This document shows positions 50,999-61,868 of a stretch of 64,000 nt of DNA, in pieces. The notes beneath the pieces are model-generated. The model was not told where the DNA came from, searched no databases, and saw only the letters and a program-made list of their open reading frames with translations. Each line of letters begins with the position of its first letter. Position 1 is the first letter of the stretch. A program made the translations under genes and the position numbers. The DNA comes from Candidatus Bathyarchaeota archaeon. GTDB taxonomy: Archaea; Thermoproteota; Bathyarchaeia; Bathyarchaeales; Bathycorpusculaceae. Location of the stretch: contig CAVYXJ010000011.1 of assembly GCA_963772455.1 (NCBI GenBank), positions 86,775 to 150,774 on the forward strand, read 5' to 3'.

Positions 50999-51209
50999 AT
51001 TTTTTTTTGTTAAAAATCTATTTCTGAATATTTTTTAGAAACAGGTACTTTTTCTTTTGTTCCATTTGTTAGAATGGCGTTTCTTCAAAAATTCTCTTAT
51101 TTTTAGAATAAAGTTTTGGTTAAGAAAAGTGTTATGATTTCTTTTACTTGTTGCTTAATGAATTAAACAAAAAAAGAAAGGTGTGGGGAAGAAGAAGGGT
51201 TAATTTGGT

Positions 51210-51857
51210 TTAAGCTTTTGATCTGTTTGCTGCACCGGGCATTCCTGGTGGTAGATCGGGGAAGTTTGCGCTAACTCTTTGTTCTGCAACTGTTGCTGCT
51301 TCAGATAATATTTTTGATGCGTCTTCGTTTACTGTGTCAAAGTTTAGTGACATTCCACCGTTTGATCCTGCCTCAAACATTAATCCGCTTAGCATGTTGC
51401 CGATGTCGCTTAGTTCGCCTTCTGCTTCAGGTAAAACTCCGCATAATCCGCCGCTAACGCTGCGTAAAACGCCAATGCATGGTCCCAAGGCTGAAACTAC
51501 GTCGCCAAGCTCTGTTACGGTTCGTATTCTTAGTGCAACTTGGTCTAGTGCTAGACGTGCATTCATGATTAGTTTGCCCATTTTACGGATTTCTGCTAAT
51601 TCAGTAGCGTAAATGTTTGCGTGTGCTTGGTCATGTTGTGTGTAGGCATTAACTAATTTTGCGAATAGTGCTTTGTCTTTTTGTGTAAAGCGTTCGTTTG
51701 CTTGGTCTAATTTGCTGATTTGTAGATCAAGTTTTCTGCATGCATTATCTAATGCTGGCTTTAATGCTGGAGGTGGCTGGATTGTGTTACGAATTTGTTT
51801 GCCGAATGAATCTCCTTCTGCTGGTTTTTCCCATTTCTTTGCGAAACGTTCAGACAT
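51210..51857 (-). CDS. cdvB: ESCRT-III/Snf7 protein (CdvB1/B2-like)
   Basis: A.IYA.ELAEIRK, LAL.Q..LR..TV.ELGD, EDA.KIL.EA...AE, FPDLP tail; no C-terminal wH domain. Confidence 0.88.
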   Translation of the reverse strand: MSERFAKKWEKPAEGDSFGKQIRNTIQPPPALKPALDNACRKLDLQISKLDQANERFTQKDKALFAKLVNAYTQHDQAHANIYATELAEIRKMGKLIMNARLALDQVALRIRTVTELGDVVSALGPCIGVLRSVSGGLCGVLPEAEGELSDIGNMLSGLMFEAGSNGGMSLNFDTVNEDASKILSEAATVAEQRVSANFPDLPPGMPGAANRSKA

Positions 51858-52042
51858 GTAAATATCCTCTTGGAGACTGATTCATCACGATGAGTACTTA
51901 ATCCTTGCTAACATGGAGGTATATACATAAACTAGTTAGCGATTGGGCATTCTGAAAATTGCATGATACAATCGCACTTCAATCATTCCAACTTCAGAAA
52001 ACTTAAGAACTTAGCAAATGCCATCTATATTGAGGTTCAATA

Positions 52043-52723
52043 ATGCAAGAGTTTGAACATCAAATCGGTTTAATCAAGGATCTTCTCTTACCCGTTGATC
52101 AATCTACCCGATATGATGTTTATTTTTCTAACAAACGTATCGCAATCATTTGCATGGGACCCAGCAATCGCTTTGACGCAGTCTCAGAAAGCCGTTCTTT
52201 CCTTTTTGGAGTAGCTCCAGAAGCACCAAATAATGTATACAAAGAAAAGATAAATCGACAAACCATTGAAGAAGAAATCAACCAGTTACCGATTATCGAA
52301 AAACTAAAACTTAGCAAAAAAAGCTGTTTTTACACTTACCAAGAAATTGAAGAGATCAAGCTAATTTCTGGGAAAAAACCTAAATTCGCCATTTTAAGCA
52401 AAGAGTGCATTTCGAAGTTTGCTCCAAATATAGCGCAGTTTAATCAACTGATTAATTTATTGCCAACAATCGAAGAATTAAAAGGCAAGACTTCAATTAT
52501 CGGCAATTTAGTTTTGAAAAACCTCCAAACAAAATCAATCTCTGCCAGTTGCCAATTTTGTTGTTCAAAAATTGAAGTTGACGCAATATTTTGCGATAAG
52601 TGTGGGTTAAAATTGGAGGAAGAAGTCCCTAATCCAAATCAGTTAAATTGCAGTTCATGCGGAGCAAAAAATAGAGTTGAAGCATCTTTCTGCAAAAGAT
52701 GCGGGTCGCTCCTGAGTGCTTAG
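52043..52723 (+). CDS. Double zinc-ribbon domain protein
   Basis: CQFC..FCDKCG and CSSCG..FCKRCG at the C-terminus. Confidence 0.75.
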   Translation: MQEFEHQIGLIKDLLLPVDQSTRYDVYFSNKRIAIICMGPSNRFDAVSESRSFLFGVAPEAPNNVYKEKINRQTIEEEINQLPIIEKLKLSKKSCFYTYQEIEEIKLISGKKPKFAILSKECISKFAPNIAQFNQLINLLPTIEELKGKTSIIGNLVLKNLQTKSISASCQFCCSKIEVDAIFCDKCGLKLEEEVPNPNQLNCSSCGAKNRVEASFCKRCGSLLSA

Positions 52724-52732
52724 AGTTTTTAT

Positions 52733-53584
52733 TTATTTGATAATTCCAAAGATGTAGGCGAGTAGTCCAATTAGGAAAAGGTACAATACGATTTTTTTGA
52801 TTCTTCGGGCTTTTTCTCGAGAATAATCTGCAAGTAAAAGAGCTGAGCAGAGCAAAAGTCCTATGTCGGTAATCAATACAAATGGAATAAACCAGATGCC
52901 TACCAATCCAAGAAACCATGTGAGGGGAGTTAAGGCTACTGCGAAAATATAGAATGCTGAGGCAATAATGGCGGCGTTTTTTTCTCCAAACCTCACTGCT
53001 AATGTTTTTACTCCTTCAGCAGCATCTCCTTTTACATCTACTATTCCCTTTGTGATTTCCCTACCTGTATTCGATAGAAAAGCCATTAATGCAAATAAGA
53101 GCACATTCATTCCCACGGTTCCGATGGATGTAATGCTGCCGTAGATAAATGGGATGGCTACACATATGCTAACCAAAAAGTTTCCAGGTAACCCGCTTCG
53201 TTTTCCAATTGTAATATAAGTTGCAGTTATAGTCAAAGCTGCTGCTGCTACAATAAAGCATAAAAAGCTAACATAGATGGCGAAAATAAAACCTATTGCA
53301 GAAAGTATAACAACAAAAACTAAGGCTTCATTGGGTTTTATTGTGCCACTAGGAATGGGTCGTTGAGGTTCGTTGATGGCGTCGATTTTGCGATCATAGT
53401 AATCGTTGATAACCATAGCTGCTGCACAGAAGGTAAATCCAGTTAGGACCCCAAATAGGACATTAAACCAGTTTAGACTGCCAAGCTGGGGGTTGGCGAG
53501 AACTGCACCTACAAGGACAGCGAAGCCCATCATTAAACAGTTGATTGGTCGAATTAACCTTAGTAATCCGCTGAGTTTATTCAT
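52733..53584 (-). CDS. Digeranylgeranylglyceryl phosphate synthase (UbiA family)
   Basis: LIRP.N, INDYYD..IDAINEP.RPIPSG, REI.K.I.D..GD...G..TL motifs. Confidence 0.9.
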   Translation of the reverse strand: MNKLSGLLRLIRPINCLMMGFAVLVGAVLANPQLGSLNWFNVLFGVLTGFTFCAAAMVINDYYDRKIDAINEPQRPIPSGTIKPNEALVFVVILSAIGFIFAIYVSFLCFIVAAAALTITATYITIGKRSGLPGNFLVSICVAIPFIYGSITSIGTVGMNVLLFALMAFLSNTGREITKGIVDVKGDAAEGVKTLAVRFGEKNAAIIASAFYIFAVALTPLTWFLGLVGIWFIPFVLITDIGLLLCSALLLADYSREKARRIKKIVLYLFLIGLLAYIFGIIK

Positions 53585-53678
53585 GTAGTTCTTACCGTTT
53601 AGGATATTTAGTTGATTAGGTTAGTTATAAAAATTCCATTGTTGAGCGAAAATAACGTATGTTTTTTATTGTGGATGA

Positions 53679-54119
53679 ATGTTTATTGAAACGAAAGTGA
53701 TGAAGGAAACTATGCAACAGAGTAGTAACTCAAAAGTTAAGAAACAAAAAATAGTTAGATTTTTGCTTCTTGTTGCAGGCTCATTCTTCCTTGTTTTAGG
53801 TGCAATTGGAATAGTTTTACCTATTTTACCCACTACGCCTTTTCTTCTGCTTTCTGCTGCTTGTTATTTGCGGAGTTCTGAGCGGATGCATAATTGGCTT
53901 TTACATAACAGGTGGTTTGGGGAATATATTAGAAATTATCAAGATGGAAAAGGAATCCCCTTGAAGACTAAAGTTTTAGCGATGACGGTTCTTTGGGTTG
54001 CAATTCTTTATTCTGCGTTCATTGTTTTAGATGAAATTCTTATTGCTCAGATTGTATTATTAGCTATGGCGTTGGGTGTTAGTATTCATCTTGTAAGGTT
54101 GCCTAACTTGAAAAGATGA
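53679..54119 (+). CDS. YbaN/DUF454 membrane protein
   Basis: LG.IGIVLPILPTTPFLLL.A.C..RSS motif. Confidence 0.9.
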   Translation: MFIETKVMKETMQQSSNSKVKKQKIVRFLLLVAGSFFLVLGAIGIVLPILPTTPFLLLSAACYLRSSERMHNWLLHNRWFGEYIRNYQDGKGIPLKTKVLAMTVLWVAILYSAFIVLDEILIAQIVLLAMALGVSIHLVRLPNLKR

Positions 54120-54156
54120 CAGTTAATTAGACGTTTGATAAAATAGTTTAAAAACA

Positions 54157-55488
54157 TTGATTGCGCCTTATCCACAAGCATTGGTGAAGTACTTGAGTGA
54201 CCATTACGCTCCCCTTGTTGGAGATAACTATGCTCCTGAAAAAATCAGAGTAATAATTCCTGTTGGTGGCAAAGCTACACGCCTCCTTCCGTTAACGGCA
54301 GAAACAAGTAAAGCTTGTTTGCGTTTGCTTAACAGACCTTTGGTCGAGTTTTCTCTTTTATCTTTAGCAAGTCAGGGAATGCGCAATTTTGTCTTTGGCG
54401 TCAAAGGTTACACCAATTATAGAGATCTCTTTGATTATTTTGAGTCTGGAATTGGATTTAGCGCAAAATACAATATTAAACCTCGAATTCATATAAAATA
54501 TCAGCCTAACGTGCCTGATTTGGGCAGTGCTGATTCAGCGCGGATAAACATGGAATATTATGAGTTAAACAATCCTGTTTTCGCTGTGCAGGGTGATAAC
54601 ATTTTTGATATTAATGTTAAAAATCTAATTAATTTTCATAAAGAGAAATCTGCTTGCTTAACGATTGTTTTGCGTGAAGTGGATAATGTTGAGGGATTAG
54701 GAATAGCTGATATTGGTAAAGATGGTCGTATTCTTCGTTTTGTCGAAAAGCCTGAACCAAAAGATGCTCCAAGTAACCTTGCGAATACTGGTTTATACGT
54801 TTTGTCGCCTGAAGTGAGAAAGATTTTCAGGGAAAAAGGTGTTCAACAAATCATTAAACAGAAGAATCGCTTAGATTTTGGATATGATTTTATTCCCTAT
54901 ATTATTGAGTCTGGTCGCCCAGTTTATGGTTACACACTCAAAGGCAGCTGGTTTGATGTGGGGACGCCCAAGAGTTACTTAGATGCTATGAAGCAGCTTC
55001 TCGGAGGGGGTTTTTCAACTCTTCAAGATTTTGGTGGCAGATTAAACACTGAGAGCCTTGTTTGGGTGCAGGGAGATAGTAATGATTCGCAAAAGCGAAG
55101 ACATGAAATTATCCGGAAAATTAAACAGAAAAAAATCGAGATCGAAGGTGCAGTGTTAATTGGGCGGCATTGTGAGATTGATGATGGTGCAAGAATTGTT
55201 AATTCATGCATTGACAATTTTACTAGAATTGGTAAGAATGCGGTTGTGGCTAATTCAGCAGTAATGGATCGCGCAATTATTGGGGATAATGCTGAGGTTT
55301 ATGATAGCATTATTGGCAGGCATGTGGTTGTGAATTCGAGTTGTCAGAAACCAACAAAAATTGTGGCGGTCTCAGTAATCGGAGATGATGTAACATTAGA
55401 AGAAGGCTGCTCACTTAGTGCTACAAAGGTTTATCCTCATCAAAAGATACGGGGAGAATTCCAGAACCAAACAATAATTGGAAATTAA
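54157..55488 (+). CDS. NDP-sugar pyrophosphorylase with C-terminal beta-helix (GlgC/GMPP-like)
   Basis: GGKATRLLPLT...K, GSADS, FVEKP, DFGYDFIP, WFDVGTP motifs; hexapeptide repeats; start uncertain. Confidence 0.85.
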   Translation: MIAPYPQALVKYLSDHYAPLVGDNYAPEKIRVIIPVGGKATRLLPLTAETSKACLRLLNRPLVEFSLLSLASQGMRNFVFGVKGYTNYRDLFDYFESGIGFSAKYNIKPRIHIKYQPNVPDLGSADSARINMEYYELNNPVFAVQGDNIFDINVKNLINFHKEKSACLTIVLREVDNVEGLGIADIGKDGRILRFVEKPEPKDAPSNLANTGLYVLSPEVRKIFREKGVQQIIKQKNRLDFGYDFIPYIIESGRPVYGYTLKGSWFDVGTPKSYLDAMKQLLGGGFSTLQDFGGRLNTESLVWVQGDSNDSQKRRHEIIRKIKQKKIEIEGAVLIGRHCEIDDGARIVNSCIDNFTRIGKNAVVANSAVMDRAIIGDNAEVYDSIIGRHVVVNSSCQKPTKIVAVSVIGDDVTLEEGCSLSATKVYPHQKIRGEFQNQTIIGN

Positions 55489-55589
55489 CTTTGGTTTTTA
55501 TCGCCGTTCTTTTTTCGTTGTACATAGGTTAATGTATTATTCGGGTTTTAAGTTAGTGATTGGCTTTCTTTTAAAAGATTTTACTTGTT

Positions 55590-56144
55590 TTAAGCTTTAA
55601 ACCACTTGAAAATTAAGTATTTAATTTCTTTTGAAGTTAGATCGGGCACTGCAAAAATAAAGCGTTTACGTACTGTTGTTGCTAATCTGCCGTTTTTGAC
55701 GATTTCTGTGGCTGAGATGTCTGAGCCGGCTTTTTTAACTGTAACCATGTATGGTGCGTGTTCTACGCCTGGGCCGTATTTGTAGACGGCGAAGTCGCAT
55801 CCGAACTTTATGCCGGGTGTAACGATTAAGCCGCTGTCCCTTAGGTCATGGTATACTGCGTATTTTTCTTCGAATCCATCATAGAGTTGTTTGGCTTTTT
55901 GGCGTAGTTTCTTTAGGTTAACTGTTGTTTCGTTTGGGTTTTCGTAAATTTCTATTCTATCAATTTCGGCTAGGTAGAGACCTTCCATTAAGTCCAAAAT
56001 TAGAGGTACGTCAAATTCTGGATTTTTTGGTTTTGGAATCCCGACAGGTTTGCCGTAGTATGCGGTTTTGTAGAGTTCGGATCCTTCTTTTGAATCCCAG
56101 ACTACTAGAAAGTTTTCGATGAGTTCAACTTTGATTTTTTGCAT
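55590..56144 (-). CDS. endA: tRNA-splicing endonuclease, catalytic (alpha) subunit
   Basis: GIKFGCDFAVY..GPG.EHA and RLA..VRK (Tyr/His/Lys triad); YGKPVGIPKPK loop. Confidence 0.92.
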   Translation of the reverse strand: MQKIKVELIENFLVVWDSKEGSELYKTAYYGKPVGIPKPKNPEFDVPLILDLMEGLYLAEIDRIEIYENPNETTVNLKKLRQKAKQLYDGFEEKYAVYHDLRDSGLIVTPGIKFGCDFAVYKYGPGVEHAPYMVTVKKAGSDISATEIVKNGRLATTVRKRFIFAVPDLTSKEIKYLIFKWFKA

Positions 56145-56159
56145 TGCGTTTGCTCTTGG

Positions 56160-56819
56160 TTACATGATGAATGAGACCATTCGAGCTACGTCGGCTGCGT
56201 CTTCGGCTTTGTCAGCAGAGTTTTCTAAAAGTTGCAGAACATCTCTTAGTAGCAAAGTAACTGGGAGGTCGAGTTTGCTACTGAGTACTTTGATGGTTAA
56301 TGCTCGGTATAATTCGTCGACTATGCGTTCTGCGATTTCTACGTCTTTGGCGCGTTCAAGGGTTTTTTGTGAGCCATAAGTTAATACGAGCATGGTTTCG
56401 CGGAGTTTAAGCACTGAATCCAAAACGGCTAGGGATAGTTTTAAGATGTCTTTTTTTATGTCTGGGGATATAACCCAGTTGTGCTCCATAATTTCAACTA
56501 GGTAATATGCGATGCCTTCTGAGAAGTCGGCTATTTCGCTTGATAAATTAGTAAATCTGAGAAAGTCTTCTCGGGCGATGAGGATTGCGCCTATTTCTGC
56601 AAGTTCTTGGGAGACTATACGTCTTGATTTAATTACTTCTTCTTGACCTGACTTAATGTCGCTGAAGAGTTTGCGTGCGTTTTCTTTGTCTCCACTTGCA
56701 AAATATTCGATGATTTGGGGAAGTTTTCTTGAGACATCTACAACCTTACGTAAGTTATCTTGACAAGCGTTTAACGCTCGACGCTTAACGCGCTCTTCAG
56801 TTTCTGCTGGAAGTACCAA
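56160..56819 (-). CDS. DUF47/PhoU-like helical protein
   Basis: REDFLR, E...DELYR, LEN.ADKAEDAAD motifs. Confidence 0.8.
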   Translation of the reverse strand: MVLPAETEERVKRRALNACQDNLRKVVDVSRKLPQIIEYFASGDKENARKLFSDIKSGQEEVIKSRRIVSQELAEIGAILIAREDFLRFTNLSSEIADFSEGIAYYLVEIMEHNWVISPDIKKDILKLSLAVLDSVLKLRETMLVLTYGSQKTLERAKDVEIAERIVDELYRALTIKVLSSKLDLPVTLLLRDVLQLLENSADKAEDAADVARMVSFIM

Positions 56820-56892
56820 ACTCTTTTCCTCTCAATAATTGATCTTAAATTATCATGTAACTATTTAGGTGTGCATTAAAAAAGTTAGCTAC

Positions 56893-58665
56893 TTAACTTT
56901 TCACTATGCTGCCTAGTTGTTCAAAGTTATAGTTTCCTTCGAAGTATTTGTGTAATTGCATAGTTAGATCTTTGATTGCGATTCGAATTTGTTGCCAGGA
57001 GTCTCTGTCTCTTATTGTTACTGTGTTGTCGTTTAGGGTGTCGTAGTCTATTGTTATTCCTAGTTGGATACCTGCTTCGTCGGCTCTTGCGTATCTTCTG
57101 CCTATTGATCCTGTTTCGTCGTATTCGGTCATGAAGCCTTCGTTTGAGAGTAGTTTTTGTACTTCTTTGGCTTTGATGTCTAAGTTGTCTTTGCCCATTA
57201 GTGGATAGATGCCAATTTGTATGGGTGCTATACTTCTTGGGAAACTTAGAATTACTCGGTCGTCTTTTACGTTGTAGGCGTATTCTAGTGCTACGTAGAA
57301 AAGGCGGTCTGATCCGAAGCTGGGTTCTACGACGTGTGGTATGAATCGTGTGCCTCGAACAATGGTTTTTTGTTTGCTAATTTCTATTTGTTCTGGAAAA
57401 ACTTGGTAGTTGTCTACCATTATGCTGCCGTCTTTTTGTATGGCGTCTGCTATTTGTTTTGCTGGAATTTTAGCTAGTGCAGCAGCTACTTTTCCTGCTT
57501 CTCCTTTGTAAACTGGACCGAGCTTTGCCATAATTGGCTTGACTGTTAGTTCTTCTTTTTCAATGGGGGTGGCGTACTCTTTGTAGACAGTCATATCTAC
57601 GCCGCTGGCTTTCATGTGGCAGCTTAAGTCGTAGTCGGTTCTGTAAGCGTGTCCAGAAACCTCTACCCAACCCCATCTGTCAACGAGAACTTCTTGATCG
57701 AAGCTTTGGCTACTGTAGTGGGCTTTTTCCCATGTGAGTTTTTCGATGAAGCGTTGTTTGTTTGGGGGTACTCCTAGTTCTGTTAGGAGACGTTTTGCCA
57801 TTGCCATGAAGAATGCCTGCCATTGTGAGCGGATAATTTGTTTATCAAGTGCCTCTCGGACTGTAAAGTTTGTAACGTCTTCGCATTCTTTGAGTCTTGT
57901 CTCGCAGAGCAGTATTGGTAGAACCTCGTTTTCAACTTCCGGGAGCAATTGGCAATCTGGTTCTTGTGGGTCAAAGAAGAATTCTAGGTCTGCGATTGTG
58001 AATTCTCGTAGGCGGATTAAGCCTTGGCGTGGCGAAATCTCGTTGCGTAGTGCGTGTCCTATTTGGATGCATCCGAATGGTAGGCGTTCTCGTGCTGTTG
58101 TGAATAGTCTGTTGAATTCAACAAAGATGTTTTGTGCTGCTTCAGGTCTGCCGTAGCCAACTGCGCCTGAATATGGTCCGATGGTGGTTTGGAACATGGT
58201 TAGGTATCGTTGGGGTTGGTTGAATTTGCCTTTGCAGTCAGGGCAAACTACGCCATGGTTTTCTATTTCTGTGGCTACTTCTTCTAAAGTCATTTTTTCT
58301 GCTTCTGCGGAGGATATGCCTTTTTCTTCAAGTAAATGGTCTGCTCGGAAACGTTGATGGCAGTTTTGGCATTCTACCATGGGTTCTTTGAAATGGTCAA
58401 CGTGACCTGAAGCTTCAAAAACTTTCCCTGGAGCAATAATTGATGATTCCATCTCGTAAATTCCTATCTTTTTTACGAAAAATTCCCTTAACTTTGCTTC
58501 GATATTTTGTTTAAGGCGTGAACCAAGTGGTCCGTATGTTACGAAGCCTCCGCTTCCTCCGTAAATTTCAAATGATGACCAGAAAAAGCCTCTGCGTTTA
58601 GCTAATTCGTTAATTGCAGTGAATTTGTCGCATGTTGGTTTGGAACCTTTAGCTTCAGTGCTCAT
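56893..58665 (-). CDS. glyS: Glycine--tRNA ligase (archaeal/eukaryotic type)
   Basis: RRGFF..S.EIYGG, RPEAAQ, RNEISPRQGL.RLREF, PHVVEPSFG.DR, SIGRRYAR.DE motifs. Confidence 0.97.
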   Translation of the reverse strand: MSTEAKGSKPTCDKFTAINELAKRRGFFWSSFEIYGGSGGFVTYGPLGSRLKQNIEAKLREFFVKKIGIYEMESSIIAPGKVFEASGHVDHFKEPMVECQNCHQRFRADHLLEEKGISSAEAEKMTLEEVATEIENHGVVCPDCKGKFNQPQRYLTMFQTTIGPYSGAVGYGRPEAAQNIFVEFNRLFTTARERLPFGCIQIGHALRNEISPRQGLIRLREFTIADLEFFFDPQEPDCQLLPEVENEVLPILLCETRLKECEDVTNFTVREALDKQIIRSQWQAFFMAMAKRLLTELGVPPNKQRFIEKLTWEKAHYSSQSFDQEVLVDRWGWVEVSGHAYRTDYDLSCHMKASGVDMTVYKEYATPIEKEELTVKPIMAKLGPVYKGEAGKVAAALAKIPAKQIADAIQKDGSIMVDNYQVFPEQIEISKQKTIVRGTRFIPHVVEPSFGSDRLFYVALEYAYNVKDDRVILSFPRSIAPIQIGIYPLMGKDNLDIKAKEVQKLLSNEGFMTEYDETGSIGRRYARADEAGIQLGITIDYDTLNDNTVTIRDRDSWQQIRIAIKDLTMQLHKYFEGNYNFEQLGSIVKS

Positions 58666-58759
58666 TTCTATGACCTGTTTATTGGTTAGAAGCCGCTATC
58701 AATTAAAATGTTGCCTTAGGAAGAAGGAGTTCTTCAACTGAGAATGGGGAGTCTCAATT

Positions 58760-59030
58760 TTTTGTGTTTTTGCTTATTTTATTTTTGTTTGAGTTTTTAA
58801 GGTCTAATTTTGAGGCTTGATATCATAATCGGTTTGTAGCTGTTTTTATCTGGTTGTTGTTGTGGGTTTTTTTGTTGTACTCTTTTTTGGGGTTTGTGGT
58901 AGGTTTGTTTTTTGGTTTGGGTTTTGTGGTTATGGCTGTGGGTGTTTTGTGAAATCAAGTTTTTTTTTAAAATGAAAAAGCAGTTTGTTTGGATAGGTAA
59001 AATCTGTTGTCAGTTGTTTGTTTATGATGT
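58760..59030. repeat. G/T-rich low-complexity intergenic tract
   Basis: Runs of TTTG/GGTTT/GTT with very few A or C in the core (~58850-58950). Confidence 0.6.
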
Positions 59031-59087
59031 ATTCATAGGGAATGCTTATCCATGTTGAATGCGTATGGTAATTGGGGATTGATAAGG

Positions 59088-59219
59088 ATGAATTTTGTTG
59101 CTAAGGAACATTATTTCACCAATGGTTGGGACTGCCGTAAGTGCGGTAAAATGACTGAGCATCTCAAGGAAGGAAGAGGTAAAGATGCTAAATTGATTTG
59201 TGTTGTTTGCGGGTCGTAA
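59088..59219 (+). CDS. 43-aa zinc-ribbon microprotein
   Basis: MNFVAKEHYFTNGWDCRKCGKMTEHLKEGRGKDAKLICVVCGS*. Confidence 0.6.
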   Translation: MNFVAKEHYFTNGWDCRKCGKMTEHLKEGRGKDAKLICVVCGS

Positions 59220-59311
59220 GCTCCAAATATTGATGTGTTTTTTTCAATGTGGTTGGTTAGATTAAAATGCAACCAGAAAAAATAGGTGGGTTTTATAAAA
59301 CATGTTTTTGG

Positions 59312-61868
59312 TTAAGTGCCAAGTCTTCCCTTCTTAACCAACTTGTACACTTCAAACCACACTATACTCGTAAAGCCTGCCACAAAACAAATCAACAAAT
59401 TCATTGGCGATATATACGTGAACGTGAAGAGACTGCTTAGCGGCGGCAGATAAATTACCAGTAATAACGCGACTAATGCAAGCACCACAATTTGCCAGAA
59501 CGCTCTGTTTGGTTTACGCAAGATATTTACGATAGATTGACTCCATGAGCGGTTTGTAGCTATCAATGCTATATTTGCTAAAACTATCGTTGCGAACGCC
59601 ATTGTGCGCGCTGTATCCAAGCCTAAACCTGCTGAACTAGCGTAAAGGTAAACTGCAGTTACAAGCACCAATGAAATGGTACCTTGCAGACCAGCGATTA
59701 TTGCGGCTTTCATATTGAACAATCTTGAAGTTATACTTCTGGGTTTTCGTTGCATTACATCTTTTTCTTCTGATTCAGCCTCGAAAGCGGTTGTGCAGGC
59801 TGGGTCAATGATAAATTCTAGGAATACTATGTGCAGTGGCAGTAGGATTAATGGCCAACCAAACAGCACGGGCAGGGCTGAGAGTCCAGCGATTGGGATG
59901 TGCACTGCGAAGATGTATGCAATGGCCTTTTTGAGGTTATCAAAGATTCTGCGACCCATCTTTACTCCACCTACGATAGAGCTAAAGTCGTCGTCTAGTA
60001 ACACCAAGGTTGAGGCTTCTCTGGCGACATCTGTTCCTCTTCCACCCATTGCGATGCCAATGTTTGCTGATTTGAGTGCTGGTGCATCGTTTACGCCGTC
60101 TCCAGTCATGGCTACTATTTCCCCGTTAGCTTTGAAAGCATCTACAATCCGTAGTTTCTGCTCAGGTACGACTCGTGCAAAGATGTTTACGTTCTTAATT
60201 CTCTCTTTTAGTTCTTCAATGTTCATCTTTTCGAGTTCTGGCCCAGTTATGATGTTCTCGGGATTTCGTAAGTTTATTTGTCGGCCGATATTCTGCGCCG
60301 TCAGTGGATAGTCACCGGTGATCATCACTACTCTTATGCCTGCGTTGTAGCATTCGTTAACTGCGTTTGAAACGTTCGGTCTTACTGGATCGACGAAGCC
60401 AATTAAGCCTATGAACTTGAATAAGAAATCATGCTGCTCTTTTGGAAGTTGTCCTTCTGTAGTGCTAAAGGATGTTTTAGCAACACCTAAGACACGCAGA
60501 CCTTCACCAGCCATTTTCTGTATATTAGCAGAGACTTCTTTTGCTTTTTCCTCTTTTAGGTGGCATAAGTCAATTATCGCTTCAGGTGCCCCCTTAGCTG
60601 CGATGATATAATCAGTGCCGTTTGGTGAACCCCAAACGTTTGACATAGCTAGCAGTTTTTGGGATAGTGGGTATTCTTGAATTAGTTGCCAGTCAGAATG
60701 GACATGTTCTGTTTTTGCGAATTCACCTTCTACGAAGTTTGTAATGGCTTTTTCCATGGGGTCAAATGGGTCTTTTTTGCATGCGAGCACACTGAATTCT
60801 AATAACTCGTGGCAGCAATCTGGTGGATTCTTGAGTGCTGAGTCGATTGTGTACATTTTGTCTGTGCAGAGTTTGGATACGGACATTTTGTTGAGTGTTA
60901 ACGTACCAGTCTTATCAACGCACAAGACTGTTGCTGATCCAAGATTCTCTATTGCATGAGGCTGTCTTGTCAGCATATTCTTTTTAGACATGCGCCAAGC
61001 GCCGAGTGCTAAGAAGATTGTTAGCACAACTGGGAACTCTTCAGGCAGCATCGCCATAGCAAGGGTTACACCTGCTAGTATTCCTTCTATCCAGTCAAAT
61101 CGTGTTAAACCATAAACAACGATGACCAAGGCACAAAGCGATAGCCCGAAGATAGCGAAGTTGCGGACAAGCTTTGATACTTCAACCTTTAGTTTGGTAT
61201 CATCGCGTTCAACTTTTTGGAGAACTACTCCTATTTTGCCCATTTCAGATTTAGCGCCAGTAGATTTGACTAATGCAATAGCTTGACCTTGCGTTACTAG
61301 TGTTCCCGAGTAGATGTATGGTTGGTCGTCTCCGCCGGGTCGCCAGGTTTGCTCTTCTAGTTTGCCAATGGCTTTTCGGACTGGAACTGATTCGCCTGTT
61401 AGAAGGGATTCATCAACCATTAAATTGTTAGATGAAAGTAATAGCGCGTCTGCTGGGACGCGGTCGCCTTCTGCCTAGTATCATGATGTCACCAGGTACT
61501 ACTTCACGGCCTGGGACCCGAATTTGTTTGCCGTCTCGTATTACACGCTCGTGGGCTTGATAAATTCTTTAAGGCATCAAGGGCATTCTCTGTTTTTCTT
61601 TCCTGGAAAATAGTTATGCCCATGACTTCGAAAACAAAGCTTAGTAGAACTAAGCCTTCTGTGACTTCGCCTAGTGATGAAGTATATGCTGCCGCTTGCG
61701 ACGAGCAAGAGGAAAATTGGTTCTTTAATTACACTTAATGCGATTTGAAAAACGCTTCGCTTCTTAGATGAGGGTAATTCATTGTACTCCGTCTCGTTTC
61801 AGTTTTTCTTGTGCTTCGTTGGTTGTTATTCCAGTTAAGGCATCAACGTCAATGTTATGCATATACAT
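59312..61868 (-). CDS. Cation-transporting P-type ATPase (type II-like); 5' part frameshifted
   Basis: DESLLTGES, PEEFP, DKTGTLT, KGAPE, TGDGVNDAPAL motifs; N-terminus (G.T..EA..KL...G.NELP, EPIFLLL, VPGD) recoverable from 61420-61868 across several frames. Confidence 0.9.
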
